Shown: positions 39,145 to 52,021, numbered from the whole stretch's first letter. The stretch is DNA of 63,914 nucleotides, filler included, from Phoronis australis (GCA_002633005.1; 10 parts of 10 records of this genome joined end to end with filler, not necessarily neighbours in it), one strand, 5' to 3'. A program made the numbers and translations. Notes: generated by a model from the letters alone, not told the origin.

Positions 39145-40486
39145 GTAATAGTAATAATAATAATAATAATAATTATCATTATTATTATAATAATAGCAGT
39201 AAAACTAAAAAGTTGTTATTAATACTAATAAATGATAATACATATATCGGTTATATTGTAACGATAATGATCTAAATAATTTTGCCTTCACCTTTGTCAT
39301 GTTAATCGATAATTTACATGTAGCTGCTACATGTCAATTACATTGAACTGTGACGCACACTCACGGGGTTTCTCTTCTGAAATTAACACATCACGCCACA
39401 CATCGAACTGTAAGCTACTGGCAGATAAAACTATATTAAGTCAACCCCAACTGGTTCATTTAAAATTTTAATGCAAGATAATCCTCTGTGACCTACGACA
39501 TCCCTCAAACATTTGGTGCAATAATATTTAGACCAAACTTATTACTTGTCAGGCCACTGACCCATTAGAACATTTACCTGTCATCTTCCATGGAATGGTA
39601 GCTTTCGTCGTCGTTGTATCTGCGAATAGGAAAAGTCTGACATGTAATCGGCCGGTGTCGGGTTGTTTTGTGGAACAGATAAGCTGTCAGTTTCGACTAG
39701 AAGTGTATGAGAATGCAGTCTGTTGTGATTTGGGGATTTATTACAAATCGCCAGTTTTCGCCGTTGTTTGCCAGCTGATCGCTGAAATCACGGCTGGCGA
39801 CTTCACAAGTTAAATACACTTGAAATACCCAGCCATTTATTGTGTTGGTTTAGCTTCGCCACCAATTTGTGGGATCGCGAACGCTGACGTCGTGAGCTCA
39901 ACTCAGCGTTTGGTATGATCAAGGAAACCGGCTTGCACTACAATAGCGCCACTTGAAACGCCATCGTAACAAGAGCATCGAAATCACTTGAGCCACTCTC
40001 AGTTGGAACAGAGATCATTATTGTGTTTGTAATATTTCCGAGCTCATTCAGAAGCCATTTTGAAAAGTCGCCACCTAAACAAACGTTCTTCTCGCAGTTG
40101 ATTGTATGTAGATCGTAGACGGACGAACCTCGAAAAATAGAAGATGACGAAGGGCGTCAAGAGATATCACCATGCACAACAAGCGAAGCACGTGAATCAC
40201 ACTTATCTAACTTCCGTCGTACTAAGTAATGACAGATACGTTACCTCTAAACACTCGAATAGTAAAGCAAAATGTAAAGTTGTTGCTTATAGAGCTGCTC
40301 GGTATTCCCACAAAAAATAAGACTTGTGAAATTATCGTAAGATAGATACTCACGCTGGAGTCACGCGACTGTTGACCATTGAGTCCCACTGTCGTCCAAG
40401 CAATCGCGTCTTTGATGCTGAATTTGACATCAACTCGGAATTGCTAAATCTCAAACACCCTGAGGTACGATCGGCCGGCGTAAATC
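37345..40486 (-). CDS. Chitin synthase, N-terminal multi-TM region (catalytic domain not in this contig)
   Basis: Exons 40486-40354 (possible start ATG at 40430), 39619-39578 (42-nt microexon), 39032/39029-38531, 38052-37345; phases consistent. Motifs PWDLF, FLLVLGGAVISKMSILLIA, W...L..AP, ETLQSLGV..F.....LD..RALMLT..VA.IP, WSIPLSLFLISLGWWENFV and ACKIKIQKFCFSLP are typical of metazoan chitin synthase N-termini. Confidence 0.85.
39048..39195. repeat. (AAC)n/(AAT)n compound microsatellite
   Basis: Trinucleotide runs next to the chitin synthase acceptor at 39033. Confidence 0.95.
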
Positions 40487-40498
40487 CTGACAATGAAA

Positions 40499-41030
40499 AT
40501 TTATTTATTTATTTACTTATTTATTTTATTTATTAATGTAATATTTAGAATGAGGGTAGCCCCATCAGTTCACACTGCTTTCCATGGGGGCCTCAATAAA
40601 AAACAAAGAGTTTGAAAAACAAAAACAGAATTACAAAATGAAAGACCAATTTAAGTAATAAGCAAAGAATAAGAAATTAACACGGAAAGACTGATGAAGC
40701 AAAATAAAAAAGAAAATATGATAAATAGAAGATAAAGAAATTAAGATAAGATAATTAACTAAAGTATAATAATAAATATAAAAAATTAAAAACAGACAAT
40801 AAATAATTAATAAAAGTAAAACAATACATGAAATAACAAATGAATAAACATGCAATTCTTAGACATCACATGAGCTTAAATCTATTTCTTATAATTCTTT
40901 TAAAGGTTAGAAAGGATGATGTAGATTTGGCATCTGCAGGGAGAGAGTTCCATAAAAAGGGCCCGCGGTAGGAAAATGATTTTTTTCCAGTTTCGCTTCT
41001 GCGTTTATGAAGATTGAAATCAGATTATGA
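40499..41030 (-). mobile_element. 3' fragment of a non-LTR retrotransposon (CR1/L2-group LINE)
   Basis: Minus strand reads ..RSETGKKSFSYRGPFLWNSLPADAKSTSSFLTFKRII (typical ORF2 C-terminus), then a T-rich 3' UTR, a stem-loop-like GAGGCCCCCATGG..GGGCTACCCTC and an (AAAT)n tail. Confidence 0.75.
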
Positions 41031-43155
41031 TGAGGACATTTACTATTAGATTTCGTACAAACACTTGTCTTAGTCCTCATGCGCTCCGGGTTCCCAATTT
41101 CCTACGTTTTTGTCTGCCCTTGGTGGTAGTTAAAGTACTTATAACAGTTAAAACGTCTTGTTGTGTACTTCATACGAGTTCTCTAATAACGGAATGTTAA
41201 CTTTCGAAACTGACGGTTATTTCAATGCTGTAGCTTGTATTAAACCGCGGTTCATAATTCAATTTAAGGAGTTAGACTGCACGTAGCATAGTTGGTTTGG
41301 GATTCTGTTTCATGAAACTTGACTGAGACACTGATAATTATTGTGATGATTTATAATGATGTTTTTACATTTACTTGTCCAAACCTCTTATCAGCAACTG
41401 TTGAGTAGGAGTGTGAGTCCAAATTTTAGTCAAAAGTCGTAACTTTTTTGAAAAGACGTCACGATTGCGCCTGACCCATTTTAAAAAGTGTGTTACGAAG
41501 TTGGCAACATGTTGTGTTCGGTAACTAGAAGGATCCCGACCTTTCTGTATTTCAGCTGGTTATAGGTGGCGCTGGAAATGGTAAGCCAGTCCATTTTAGG
41601 TGACTTTTCTTTTAGATAGTATGGATGAATAAAAATATCGCGTCATAGCATCAATTTGTGAGAAGAAAAAGAAAAAGCAAACGCGGATTATTCTTAGTCT
41701 TAAGGAGGGCTAGTAAAACCGTAGGTGTGACTGAGCGCAAGGTCCTTGATAACAACACAGAAATGTTACTTTGGTGTTACGTTTATTTGATTTAACGATA
41801 CTCTTTTCTGTACATTCACCAATTAATAAAACAGGATGAGTTTTGTGAGTCGAAGGATATCACTAAAATATAAACGTTTCGTAACTTTCAACCTTCTTTG
41901 TGCGTTTGCCTTATTTTACTATTATTTTTTTCAAAAGTAGGCAGGACTTCCGCGGAAACTGATAAACAATAATTGATGGGTCAGCTGTCACTCATTCCGG
42001 CGGCCATTTTGGGTGGTGATGCACCACCAAAAGCAAAAGTTAAATTAAAAACATTCATATTAAATTCAATTAAGTTTGGAAATGGATATTTCTGTGGTGA
42101 TCTTGCATTATTTAGGCTTAATTTTGGTTGAACTAACTTGCTTTAAAATGGTTTTATGAAGAATTTAACTAAAGTAAAGTGTTAAAGATATCGTTAATAT
42201 GGTTGTACTAGAGAGCTGATGGCTATGTAAATTGTTTGTATAACTAAATACAAATATAGTTCCGATTGCAATTTTGTCCACACAAAGAAAAATGGCTAGC
42301 AAAAACAGCGCGATGTCTAATACGTCGAAATTTTGCCTGGTATCGCTTGCATGGTGTAAGCAAACAACTATTCGTTTTCATCAAAAAGTCGCAAACAATT
42401 CACGTAAATGCGCAGCATGTATAAACTAGGAATAAACGAGCATTCATTGTGTCTGTTTTAAACCCTGTCTTATCATAATTTCCATGTACACAAAAAGTTG
42501 AGTGGCTCTTTCAGAGTTTGACGTTAACGAAGCGATAACAGGTTATTTCCTTGTAGGCCTTGACGATTTAAATATAAGCTCCTCGCCCGTCGGTCTTTTT
42601 TGGAAAGTGTTTTACCCACGAAATAATGATTTTGTATAGTGATTTTTCATCAATTCAGGAAAGTTTCTTGAAAATCACATTAGAATTGTAAACACAAAAT
42701 GACATATGGGCAATGAATCCTCGGCCGAAACCAAATTCTTGTCGTCCTCACTAGAGTATACACAGCAGACTGACATGTAATGCCAACAAACGTTGTATTT
42801 ATTGTTTTTAATAACACGCTATGATCGTTCAACCGAATCCTTTTGCATACGTTTTACTATTTTCTCTTAATCTTGAAAATGTGTTGCATGAACGCAAAAC
42901 TGGCCAAAGCATAGCTTTGTTCACTTGAGTAGAAAAATTCGCAAAAATTCGTTGACTCGCATGCACGGACATTGTGCCAATANAGTGGAATAATTCGGTG
43001 AGTACAACAGCAAGTCGGTTTTATGCTTAGGCGGACGAACATTGGGTTCCCCAGTNNNNNNNNNNNNNNNNNNNNNNNNNNNNNNNNNNNNNNNNNNNNT
43101 TAATTAATTAANNNNNNNNNNNNNNNNNNNNNNNNNNNNNNNNNNNNNNNNNNNN

Positions 43156-44011
43156 TATCGATGTCAGAGTAAGTAACTGTCATGTCTGTTTTGTTACCTG
43201 GACTTTTTCTTAATAAGTAAACAATAGCTTTTGCCATCTCTTACCTTAAACAGTTTTTTTCAGCCCTGGGTATCTTCTTCAACATAGTTTGTGTAAAGCG
43301 TAGATCAGGTGGTGCCAATCCAGAAATTGTCAGTGACCATGAATTTTAACCTGGGGATACTTTATAATGAACATAGGGCTTAATGAGGGAGACTGTTTTT
43401 AAATGAATAGGGGGCTCATGGCCTCTGGTGGCTACGCCAGTGCTTGTCATCTGTAATTACGGCATTACAGAGGCACTTTCAAATTGTTGATTTTTGATTC
43501 AAGACACCAAATATAAACTAAAATCTTTGATCAAAATCAAAGTAACATCTTTATTTTTGAACAACAAATCTAAGTTATTTATGTGAAAAGTGATTTTTTT
43601 ATTAGTAACATTCTTCATCAAATTGATGATATATCTTTACTTAACAATTTTGTACTAAAAAGTAGATTGGCCATGTTTACATGCTTGCAATGAAGGTATT
43701 ATTTTAGTCCAACTCTGACCCTTGAACTATGCACTTGTCTTCTCTATTATTTTTGGTCTCTTAAATATTATCTTAGTTTGTTGCAGCTGAGTGCTTCTTA
43801 AACATCAAACACATTGCGGTTTAGATGGTTGTGTTTAGATTAAGATGTTTCTGTTTGTAGGACAACAGCATAGAGATGGTCCATCTGAAGGATGCCACCA
43901 ATCTCCACTACCTTGACCTGTCTCATAATGCACTGACGTCTATCCATGGCTTGGACGCATGTGCTGATCTGCACCACCTGGATGTGTCATACAACAAGAT
44001 CACCAGGATAG
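43156..44011 (+). CDS. LRRIQ1: SDS22-type leucine-rich-repeat protein, LRRIQ1-like, internal exons
   Basis: Exon tail 43156-43168 (..IDVR|gtaagt) and exon 43861-44011 (tag|DNSIEMVHLKDATNLHYLDLSHNALTSIHGLDACADLHHLDVSYNKITRI G|gtaacc). LRR consensus; N.LTS+HGLD.C..+..L++SYNKITRIG resembles LRRIQ1 as I recall it. Not in the ORF track. Confidence 0.65.
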
Positions 44012-46809
44012 GTAACCAAATTAATGCAATAGGAAATTTTGTGTGTGTCTGAAAATATGACTAATTGTCATTGATCATATGAAATGTTTTTGTACTCTTG
44101 AGATAAACCTTGAAGAAAGTATTAACAGCTTGAAACAGTACTTTTCATCGAACTATCTCCATCAAAAATGGGAACAGAGTGTGGTGTTTTTCCAAAAACT
44201 GATTGTTGTATTTTCCAAAAACTGGTTATTTATAACAAAAATGCAGTTGAAAAATGCAAGGTATAAACAAGAATTGTTGTTAAAGAAGTTTGATTTACTG
44301 TATTTGCCCTAATAACTGCCCATGCCCGTATAAGCGCCCCCCACACGTTTTCAGACTTTGATGAAATAAGCGCCCAGCCCATGAACGTGTACATGCGAAA
44401 AATGCCTTACCTACAGCGCTAAAATTCCACAGTAATTTGTCAATGAAATCTGGCAGTCCTGAAAAATTATTGTGCGCGGAATTTCTGGACCACCAGCCTC
44501 GCCGCTATATGTCAGTATTTAGCCATGACTATACACTTCTAACTTCCGCCGTGCTCTAAAAAGAATGGAAGTTTTGCTGATCTCGCGAGGAACGTGTCCC
44601 ACTATGGTCTGGCCTTTCAGAACAGACACGGCATACATGTCAATGGGATTGAATCTATCCCGTACAGATTTCATATTATCTTCTGCCTCAACAGGATTCT
44701 AAATCTCGTTGTACAGTCATGTAAAAACTGCGAATCGAAGACTAATAAGTGTGCGCTACACACCTGTCATCGCAGACTTTAACCTTGGGGACCTATCTAT
44801 TCACAATGGGAAGCATAGCATCGGCAAGAAATAAATATTGGCACTCATTTCCAACAGTTTCTAATACCATAAAAAACTTGAGTTATTTTTAAGAGGGATC
44901 GATTGTTTAATTAATTATAATTGGTGTTTTTAAAACCAAATATCTGATAAAATGACCACTGACAATGAATGCTAACACACCGTTACGCTCGAAAAATAAC
45001 TGTCAGACAGTCACGTACGCATCTACCCACAGGGCGACTAATATGGGCCTTACCAAGACAATTGTCGAACGTTTTTAGTACATGAGACCGGCAAGGGCTG
45101 AATAAAACACGTTCTGTTTTACTGCGTGAGCTAATATTTTTGAGAACTGAGATACAAGGCACATCTAGCTCGTTCGATTGCATTTAAGCTGGTAATTGAA
45201 CTCTGGTGACTCGCACGCGCTCGCTTACTCACACATGCAAACGAACTTCAAAACAAACATCACGTGACAACAACGTGTGTTTGTCCAGAGATTTTTCTTG
45301 TGTTGCCGGGTAGGCCCTACGATCATAGATGGCACATTCTACCACAGATTTGGACTTAACCTGGCGTTAATCCTGACTAGACGGGAACTTAAAAATCTTA
45401 GGGAAGCTATTTGGAAAACTTAAGGAGGTTTTCAGATAATTTGAATGAGTCAAAACTGTTTTATTCAACCATTCAAGTTGCCATATCGACGATTGCGAGG
45501 CAGTTGGCGAGTTTTCGCCCTGAGATTTCAGCACATTTTTCTGTAAAATGATCTAATTTAACAACAAAGTTTGATAGTAATGCACTACAATTTTGTAGAA
45601 AGTCTGTCATAGGTTACAGGTAAGTCACAGAGCCTAAATGTGACCCACCACCACAAAATGAGTCTTATGTCGGGATTTGTCATTTTTTTAATTGTTATTT
45701 TTTCTGACAATACAGTGTTTTCTGATCATTTTGAGGTATGAAACATGTCCTTATCTTCACAAATGGCCGAGTTATTGCCAATTCTAGTCGGGGAAAGCGA
45801 AAATTTAGAGCTTTCAAAAGTCAAGGAAAATGGCCGACAAAAAGCGCCGATAGTGTCTTTAAATTTTCCATAGCAACCTGCAGTTGAATGCTACTTTTCA
45901 GACTTATTAGTATACACAACAACATAAACAAATAAAAATAATCAAAAATTAGAAAGAATATAGACCTTATTATGTAATCTCAGCCAAAAAGGAGTGATAT
46001 TCATGTTGGGTTGCTACAACTGGGTCAATAAATTTCCCAGCTAATGTATACAGGGTCAGTCCACTTGTGGCAGGAGGGGTTACCGCAAGTAAAACAAGTA
46101 GTTAAAGTGTATTTTGTAGAAGTNTGAAGTCCTGTAGATTACAAAATACACGTTTCTGGCTGATTTTTGTTCAAAATAATTCAAAATTTTACGCTAGTGT
46201 AAATAATTTTGAAAAAAAATGACAATCACTCATCCCTATCCAAGTCCACTGACACTGAAGAGCAACGATTTCTCACCGAGTGATTCAGCCCTATCGAAGA
46301 TTGTTATCTCTTGCAGTAATATTCCGCTGCTTGCACCCCGATCCACTGGCTTTGCAGATACAAGACATTGTTGTGCGATTAAGCTAATCCGGACTGTTTT
46401 CTTCAAGTTCTGTTTGTTCCAATCCAACGACTTGGAATCCAACGTAACCGTATTCGTGATGGGTCGATCATGAAATTCATCTCGCGACGAGTTGCTGTCG
46501 TCAGACGACTCGTCGCTGTCACGTAATTCCTCCTCGTCTCCATCAACAAATATGCTCTTTGATGAGTTCAGTTAATTCTCGCTGATCTTGATACGGCAGT
46601 CAGAGGCAAGAGTTAATCACTGAGATATNNNNNNNNNNNNNNNNNNNNNNNNNNNNNNNNNNNNNNNNNNNNTTAATTAATTAANNNNNNNNNNNNNNNN
46701 NNNNNNNNNNNNNNNNNNNNNNNNNNNNTTCGCAAGGTAGCACGCTGGTAAGAGACCTCGTAATCAAATACACTTTTAAGCTATCGGACTTTATCTTTGT
46801 AACACAACA

Positions 46810-46820
46810 TGGGGTCAGGA
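46810..46820 (+). other. Primer-binding site, probably tRNA-Leu
   Basis: TGGGGTCAGGA directly after the 5' LTR, one mismatch from the tRNA-Leu-type PBS TGGTGTCAGGA. Confidence 0.6.
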
Positions 46821-46852
46821 TTTAGCTGGAACATTTAAGAACTGATAGAGAA

Positions 46853-48856
46853 ATGGCCACGTTTCAAATAAACCCGCGTAGATTTATAGTCTGGGGCAGA
46901 GGCCGAGGATTTGTTCAAAACATTCGGTCTAACGGACGACGAAAGAAAGGAGTATGATCGCGTACTGGATTCGTTTGAGCGCTACTTTGTGCCGAAAAGA
47001 AATGTAATTTTCGAAAGGGCGAAATTTAATGCGCGTAATGAAGCCGAATGGGAACATGCAGAGATATTTATCACCGAGCTGTACGCGTTATCGGAACATT
47101 GTGAGTATGGCCAGTTACGCGACAAGATGATCCGGGATCGCATAGTTGTCGGAATTTGCGACAATAAACTCTCCGAACAATTGCAATTGGACAGTGAGTT
47201 GACATTAGAAAAATGTATCCGACAAGTCCGACAAAAAGAGGCTGTTAGAAAACGGCAAACAGTCGTTCGTCCGGTTCCAGACGCAGCAATCGATGAATTA
47301 CGAAAGCAAGAAACGGTCGTTCGCCCGGTTCCAGACGCAGCAGTCGACGAATTACGTAAGAAAACATTCCGTGGTGTAAGTCGTGCGGTGGGAGGCATGG
47401 CAAAAGTGTCCCGGGTACGAACGCGAAATGCTACAAGTGCCAACGTAAAGGACACTTCGCCAGAAAATGTGCTAACAGCACCGCTCTTAGCGCTGTACAA
47501 TCCGACGAGGAACCAGAGAAAAGTTTCCTTGGGGTCGTTTCTGCGCGTGCGTCAGAACCGTGGTTTGCGAATGTTGAAACGTATGGCGGAAATACTGTTT
47601 ATTTTAAGTGCAATTGTGGAGCCGATGTTACGGCCACTAGTGAGAAAGACAGACGCAATATCGGGAGCCCAAAACGGCAGAAGTCGGATCGCCCACTGTA
47701 TCGTGCTAACAGGGACAAAATGGCCACAAAAGGGACGTTTACCGCGAATCTCCGGGCAAAAGGAAGGGAGTTTCGTACAAAAGTGTATGTGGTGGAGGAC
47801 TTGGTGCAACCATTACTTATTCAAAACGCAAGCAAAGAACTAGGGTTTAGTAAGTTTCTTGGATCCGTCGCGATCAAAGAAAAGTACCCTGAATTATTTT
47901 CTGGCCTGGGAAAAATAGAGGGACCGAAATATCATATTAGGCTTCGGGAGGATGCTGTCCCGTTTTCTCAGACTGCGCTGCGAAGAGTCCCGTTTCCACT
48001 AACGGAGAAGGTGCGAGCGGAGCTAAAGCGAATGGAAAACTTAGGGGTCAATTCGCGTATCGAAGAACCAACTCAGTGGTGTGCGTCACTCGTAATGATA
48101 CCGAAACCGTCGGGAGAAATCCGCTTGTGCGTGGATCTTACTCAGCTAAATAAATCGGTTTTGCGCGAAAAACACCAAATGCCCAGCACTACTCAAACAC
48201 TAGCGCAACTAAGCGGGGCACGGATTTTTTCGAAAATCGATGCTAACTCCGGACTTTGGCAAATCCCGTTATCGGAGTCGTCCCGATTGTTAACAACGTT
48301 TATTACCCCCCAAGGACGCTGGTGTTTTAACAGATTACCATTTGGCATTTCGTCCGCGCCCGAACATTTCCAACGACGAATGTCAGAACGTCTGGAACGT
48401 ATAGAAGGAGTCGTGTGCCAAATGGATGATATTTTGATATTCGGGAGCTCGAAACAAGAGCATGACGAGAAACTTGATCTCGTGTTACGCAAATTGGCGA
48501 AAGCTGGAATAACCCTGAACAAAGAAAAATGTGAATTTGAGAAAAACGAAATAACATTCGTAGGACAGGTGATTGACGCAAACGAAATCAGACCTGGCCC
48601 TCGTACGGTGGAAGCAATTAAAAGTTTGCCAGAGCCCTCCAATGTTTCGGAAGTGAGGAGATTTTTGGGAATGGTAAACCAAATGGGAAGGTTTTCTCAA
48701 AACATTGCGGACTTGTCCAAACCTATTCGAGAGTTGTTAGCAAAAGAGTCTGAATGGGTTTGGGATGGGGATCAAAGGCGAGCTTTCGAAAGTCTTAAAA
48801 GTGAACTACTGTATACCAAGCGCCGGTACTTTCGTTGTATGATCCGCGTGCTGTAA
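46853..48856 (+). pseudogene. Gypsy gag-protease-reverse transcriptase, frameshifted and partly deleted
   Basis: ATG at about 46853 (MATFQINP) followed by an apparent deletion; gag ORF from 46911; frameshifts before and inside the zinc knuckles; the protease motif reads FKCNCGADV (catalytic Asp absent); RT ORF 47720-48856. Confidence 0.9.
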
Positions 48857-48859
48857 CAG

Positions 48860-51800
48860 TGGTGCGAGATATTGTAAAAACTCAACGAGGATCACCAAGG
48901 GATTGTGAAATGCCGCGAACGCGCTAAGAACTCTGTAAGGTGGCCGGGTATTGGAAGGGAGATTGAATACGTCGTAAAAAACTGCAGGATTTGCATTCAG
49001 CGTCGATCCGACCAAGCAGAACCGCTTGTTATTGATCTCATCCCTGATTACCCATGGCAAAAACTTGGATCTGACATATTTCACTTTAAAGGGAATGAAT
49101 ACCTGTTGGTTGTCGACTATTTCTTAAGGTTTATTGAGATTGCAAAATTGCATAGAAGCACTTCTACGAGCGTTATCACACATTTGCGTTCGGTTTTTGC
49201 GCGCCATGGCATCCCAGTGATATTTGTGTCAGATACCGCAGGACAATATGCTAGTTCAGAATTTCATGGCTTTGCAACGGAATACGGATTTACCCACCGA
49301 ACAAGTAGCCCTCGGTATCCCCAGAGTAACGCGGAGGCGGAAAGAGCGGTTCAGACGGTGAAACGTTTAATATCGGGTTCGAAATACCCTAATGCTGCTA
49401 TTCTTAGCTATCGCGCTACATTTATAAGAAAAGGTTATAGTCCGGCTGAGCTTCTAATAGACCCTATTCACGCGGCGGCCATTAAGATCCAAAGCGAGGC
49501 TCACTGCGATAAACAAAGCGAAAGTAGACATTGCGTGAGTTAAATAGCCGGTCTTTCGAGTCCAACCTGGATATTAAATTTTAATCATGTGTCGACAATT
49601 AACCACAGAGACGTAGAAGATTACATTAGAGAACAAGTTAAGGCGCCAAAGAGTTGTCTGACGAAAGGGTTTAAATTTTTTCGGAAAACTAGGTTCGAAA
49701 CATGAAAAGTAAATACATGTATGACCAAATTGCGGCGATCGTAGTGTTACGGATTAGGTATTATGCTGAATGCAGGGTTACGTTTTTCTTGTAAATTGTT
49801 AATCAAAATACTTTCTACGCGGACCAGGTCATCTGCTCGTATTTTGTTGACGAGTTGAAGAAATACTCGACAGTGGTGTCTGTCATGTGCAATTAGTCAC
49901 ATCTGGTTTAATTTGTTGATCAAGAAACATCAAGCATAGCCTGATCCTATGCACTCACTGGGACTAAAAGTTGATTTGTTATTGGTCTGAAAGAATAATT
50001 GATGTTATTAAATATATTTTTATTAAAATAAAAAACCAGGCTCGCAAATGAAAATAAAAATTATTTGACCATCAATGCTTTCTTGGTTGTAATAATTCTT
50101 ACGTATATTTCATGTGTTAGATTTCAAATATCAATCTGGACCAAGTTGAATTTTAAAATTAAAACACCTAATTCGTTCGTCCAAAACATAACATCGTTTT
50201 AGAACTCAATTTCAGTTAACTGGACAATGCAATCATAGTTATCGTGTTTCTGCAGANNNNNNNNNNNNNNNNNNNNNNNNNNNNNNNNNNNNNNNNNNNN
50301 NNNNNNNNNNNNNNNNNNNNNNNNNNNNNNNNNNNNNNNNNNNNNNNNNNNNNNNNNNNNNNNNNNNNNNNNNNNNNNNNNNNNNNNNNNNNNNNNNNNN
50401 NNNNNNNNNNNNNNNNNNNNNNNNNNNNNNNNNNNNNNNNNNNNNNNNNNNNNNNNNNNNNNNNNNNNNNNNNNNNNNNNNNNNNNNNNNNNNNNNNNNN
50501 NNNNNNNNNNNNNNNNNNNNNNNNNNNNNNNNNNNNNNNNNNNNNNNNNNNNNNNNNNNNNNNNNNNNNNNNNNNNNNNNNNNNNNNNNNNNNNNNNNNN
50601 NNNNNNNNNNNNNNNNNNNNNNNNNNNNNNNNNNNNNNNNNNNNNNNNNNNNNNNNNNNNNNNNNNNNNNNNNNNNNNNNNNNNNNNNNNNNNNNNNNNN
50701 NNNNNNNNNNNNNNNNNNNNNNNNNNNNNNNNNNNNNNNNNNNNNNNNNNNNNNNNNNNNNNNNNNNNNNNNNNNNNNNNNNNNNNNNNNNNNNNNNNNN
50801 NNNNNNNNNNNNNNNNNNNNNNNNNNNNNNNNNNNNNNNNNNNNNNNNNNNNNNNNNNNNNNNNNNNNNNNNNNNNNNNNNNNNNNNNNNNNNNNNNNNN
50901 NNNNNNNNNNNNNNNNNNNNNNNNNNNNNNNNNNNNNNNNNNNNNNNNNNNNNNNNNNNNNNNNNNNNNNNNNNNNNNNNNNNNNNNNNNNNNNNNNNNN
51001 NNNNNNNNNNNNNNNNNNNNNNNNNNNNNNNNNNNNNNNNNNNNNNNNNNNNNNNNNNNNNNNNNNNNNNNNNNNNNNNNNNNNNNNNNNNNNNNNNNNN
51101 NNTGCTTAACAACTGACCGACATGCGACAAAATATGATCTAACTTTTCGAAAACATTTATAAATTTTACACGGACATATTTTGCTTCGTCGCGGCAACGA
51201 CCCAACGCCTCCGAATCTCAACGTCCGACTTTAGAGATTGTGAAGCAGACAGTTGCGTGTCCGTATTTTTTCTAGCCGTTCGCGGAACAACACGGTCTGA
51301 AACACAGAACTATGCCGAAAAGCTAACGGAGCTATCGTAGCGAGCCTCGTTTTGGAATGCGCCTCCATTCGGCGTGAATAGAGTCTATGGGTAGAAAGTT
51401 GCGCACAAAACTACCGGAAAATCCGAAAAACTTCGTACCGTGTTGGGAGTATGTGGAGACGGTGCGGACAATTGAGCAGAAAAATAAGTTGAAAGAAAAG
51501 GATCAATATGATCACCGGCACCGTGCCAGAATCTTACCACCTCTAAATTAAAATGACACGGTATGGGACAGATCTCTGAGACAGTTCGGAACAGTAAAAC
51601 ACAGGAATGTTGACGGATCGTTTGTGATCGAAACACCAACAGGAAGGGTTCGCAGAAACCGACAATTCCTCGTGCCATCACCACAGGAGAACCAGGAAGA
51701 GATTAATCTGGATTTGGACGAGTACCAGAATGAGGCGGAGGGTCAAGATAGTGAGACCGATGGCGACATCGATGACCCTGCTCGAGATATAGAGCATGCC

Positions 51801-51863
51801 ACGGTAGTGAGAACTAGATCGGGGAGGATCTCAAAACCCCCGGAAAGATTGATTGGGCAATGA
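48860..51863 (+). pseudogene. Gypsy integrase interrupted by an insertion
   Basis: HQGIVKCRERAK..WPG..C..C zinc-binding region, PWQKLGSDIF, VVDY, FARHGIP, SSPRYPQSNAEAERAVQTVK and YSPAELL (ends about 49456). It resumes at 51387 with MGRKLRT and ends RTRSGRISKPPERLIGQ* at 51863. Confidence 0.9.
49459..51386. mobile_element. ISL2EU-like DNA transposon nested in the gypsy integrase (contains an N gap)
   Basis: TIRs AGACCCTATTCACGC / GCGTGAATAGAGTCT, AT duplicated at 49457-49458 and 51387-51388. Excision restores CTT CTA ATG GGT (L-L-M-G). Decayed inward-facing ORF starts at both ends. Confidence 0.8.
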
Positions 51864-52021
51864 ATTGTGGTTTAGGTGAAGAACTGAGACATACAATACT
51901 TCTGGTTTTAAGATTTGACAAACGCTTCATAAATGGGACAGAGTGACTTTTTTATTTTTATACTTATTAAGTGAATTTCTTCTATATAGTTGTTAAGGGT
52001 TCATGATCCCATAAAGAGAGA

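Noticed and set aside
38997-39275. Poly-Thr/poly-Asn ORF
   Set aside because: It is a microsatellite translation, antisense to a chitin synthase intron.
48415-48432. RT motif QMDD as an inactivating change from YxDD
   Set aside because: Q or H at this position occurs in Mag/K02A2.6-like gypsy RTs, and both Asp residues are present.
46982-49084. Antisense ORFs over the retrotransposon
   Set aside because: They are shadow frames of gag/pol with no independent motifs.
50199-51221. Long ORFs of 290-340 aa (and similar ones at 13051-13473)
   Set aside because: They are artefacts of translating through N gaps.
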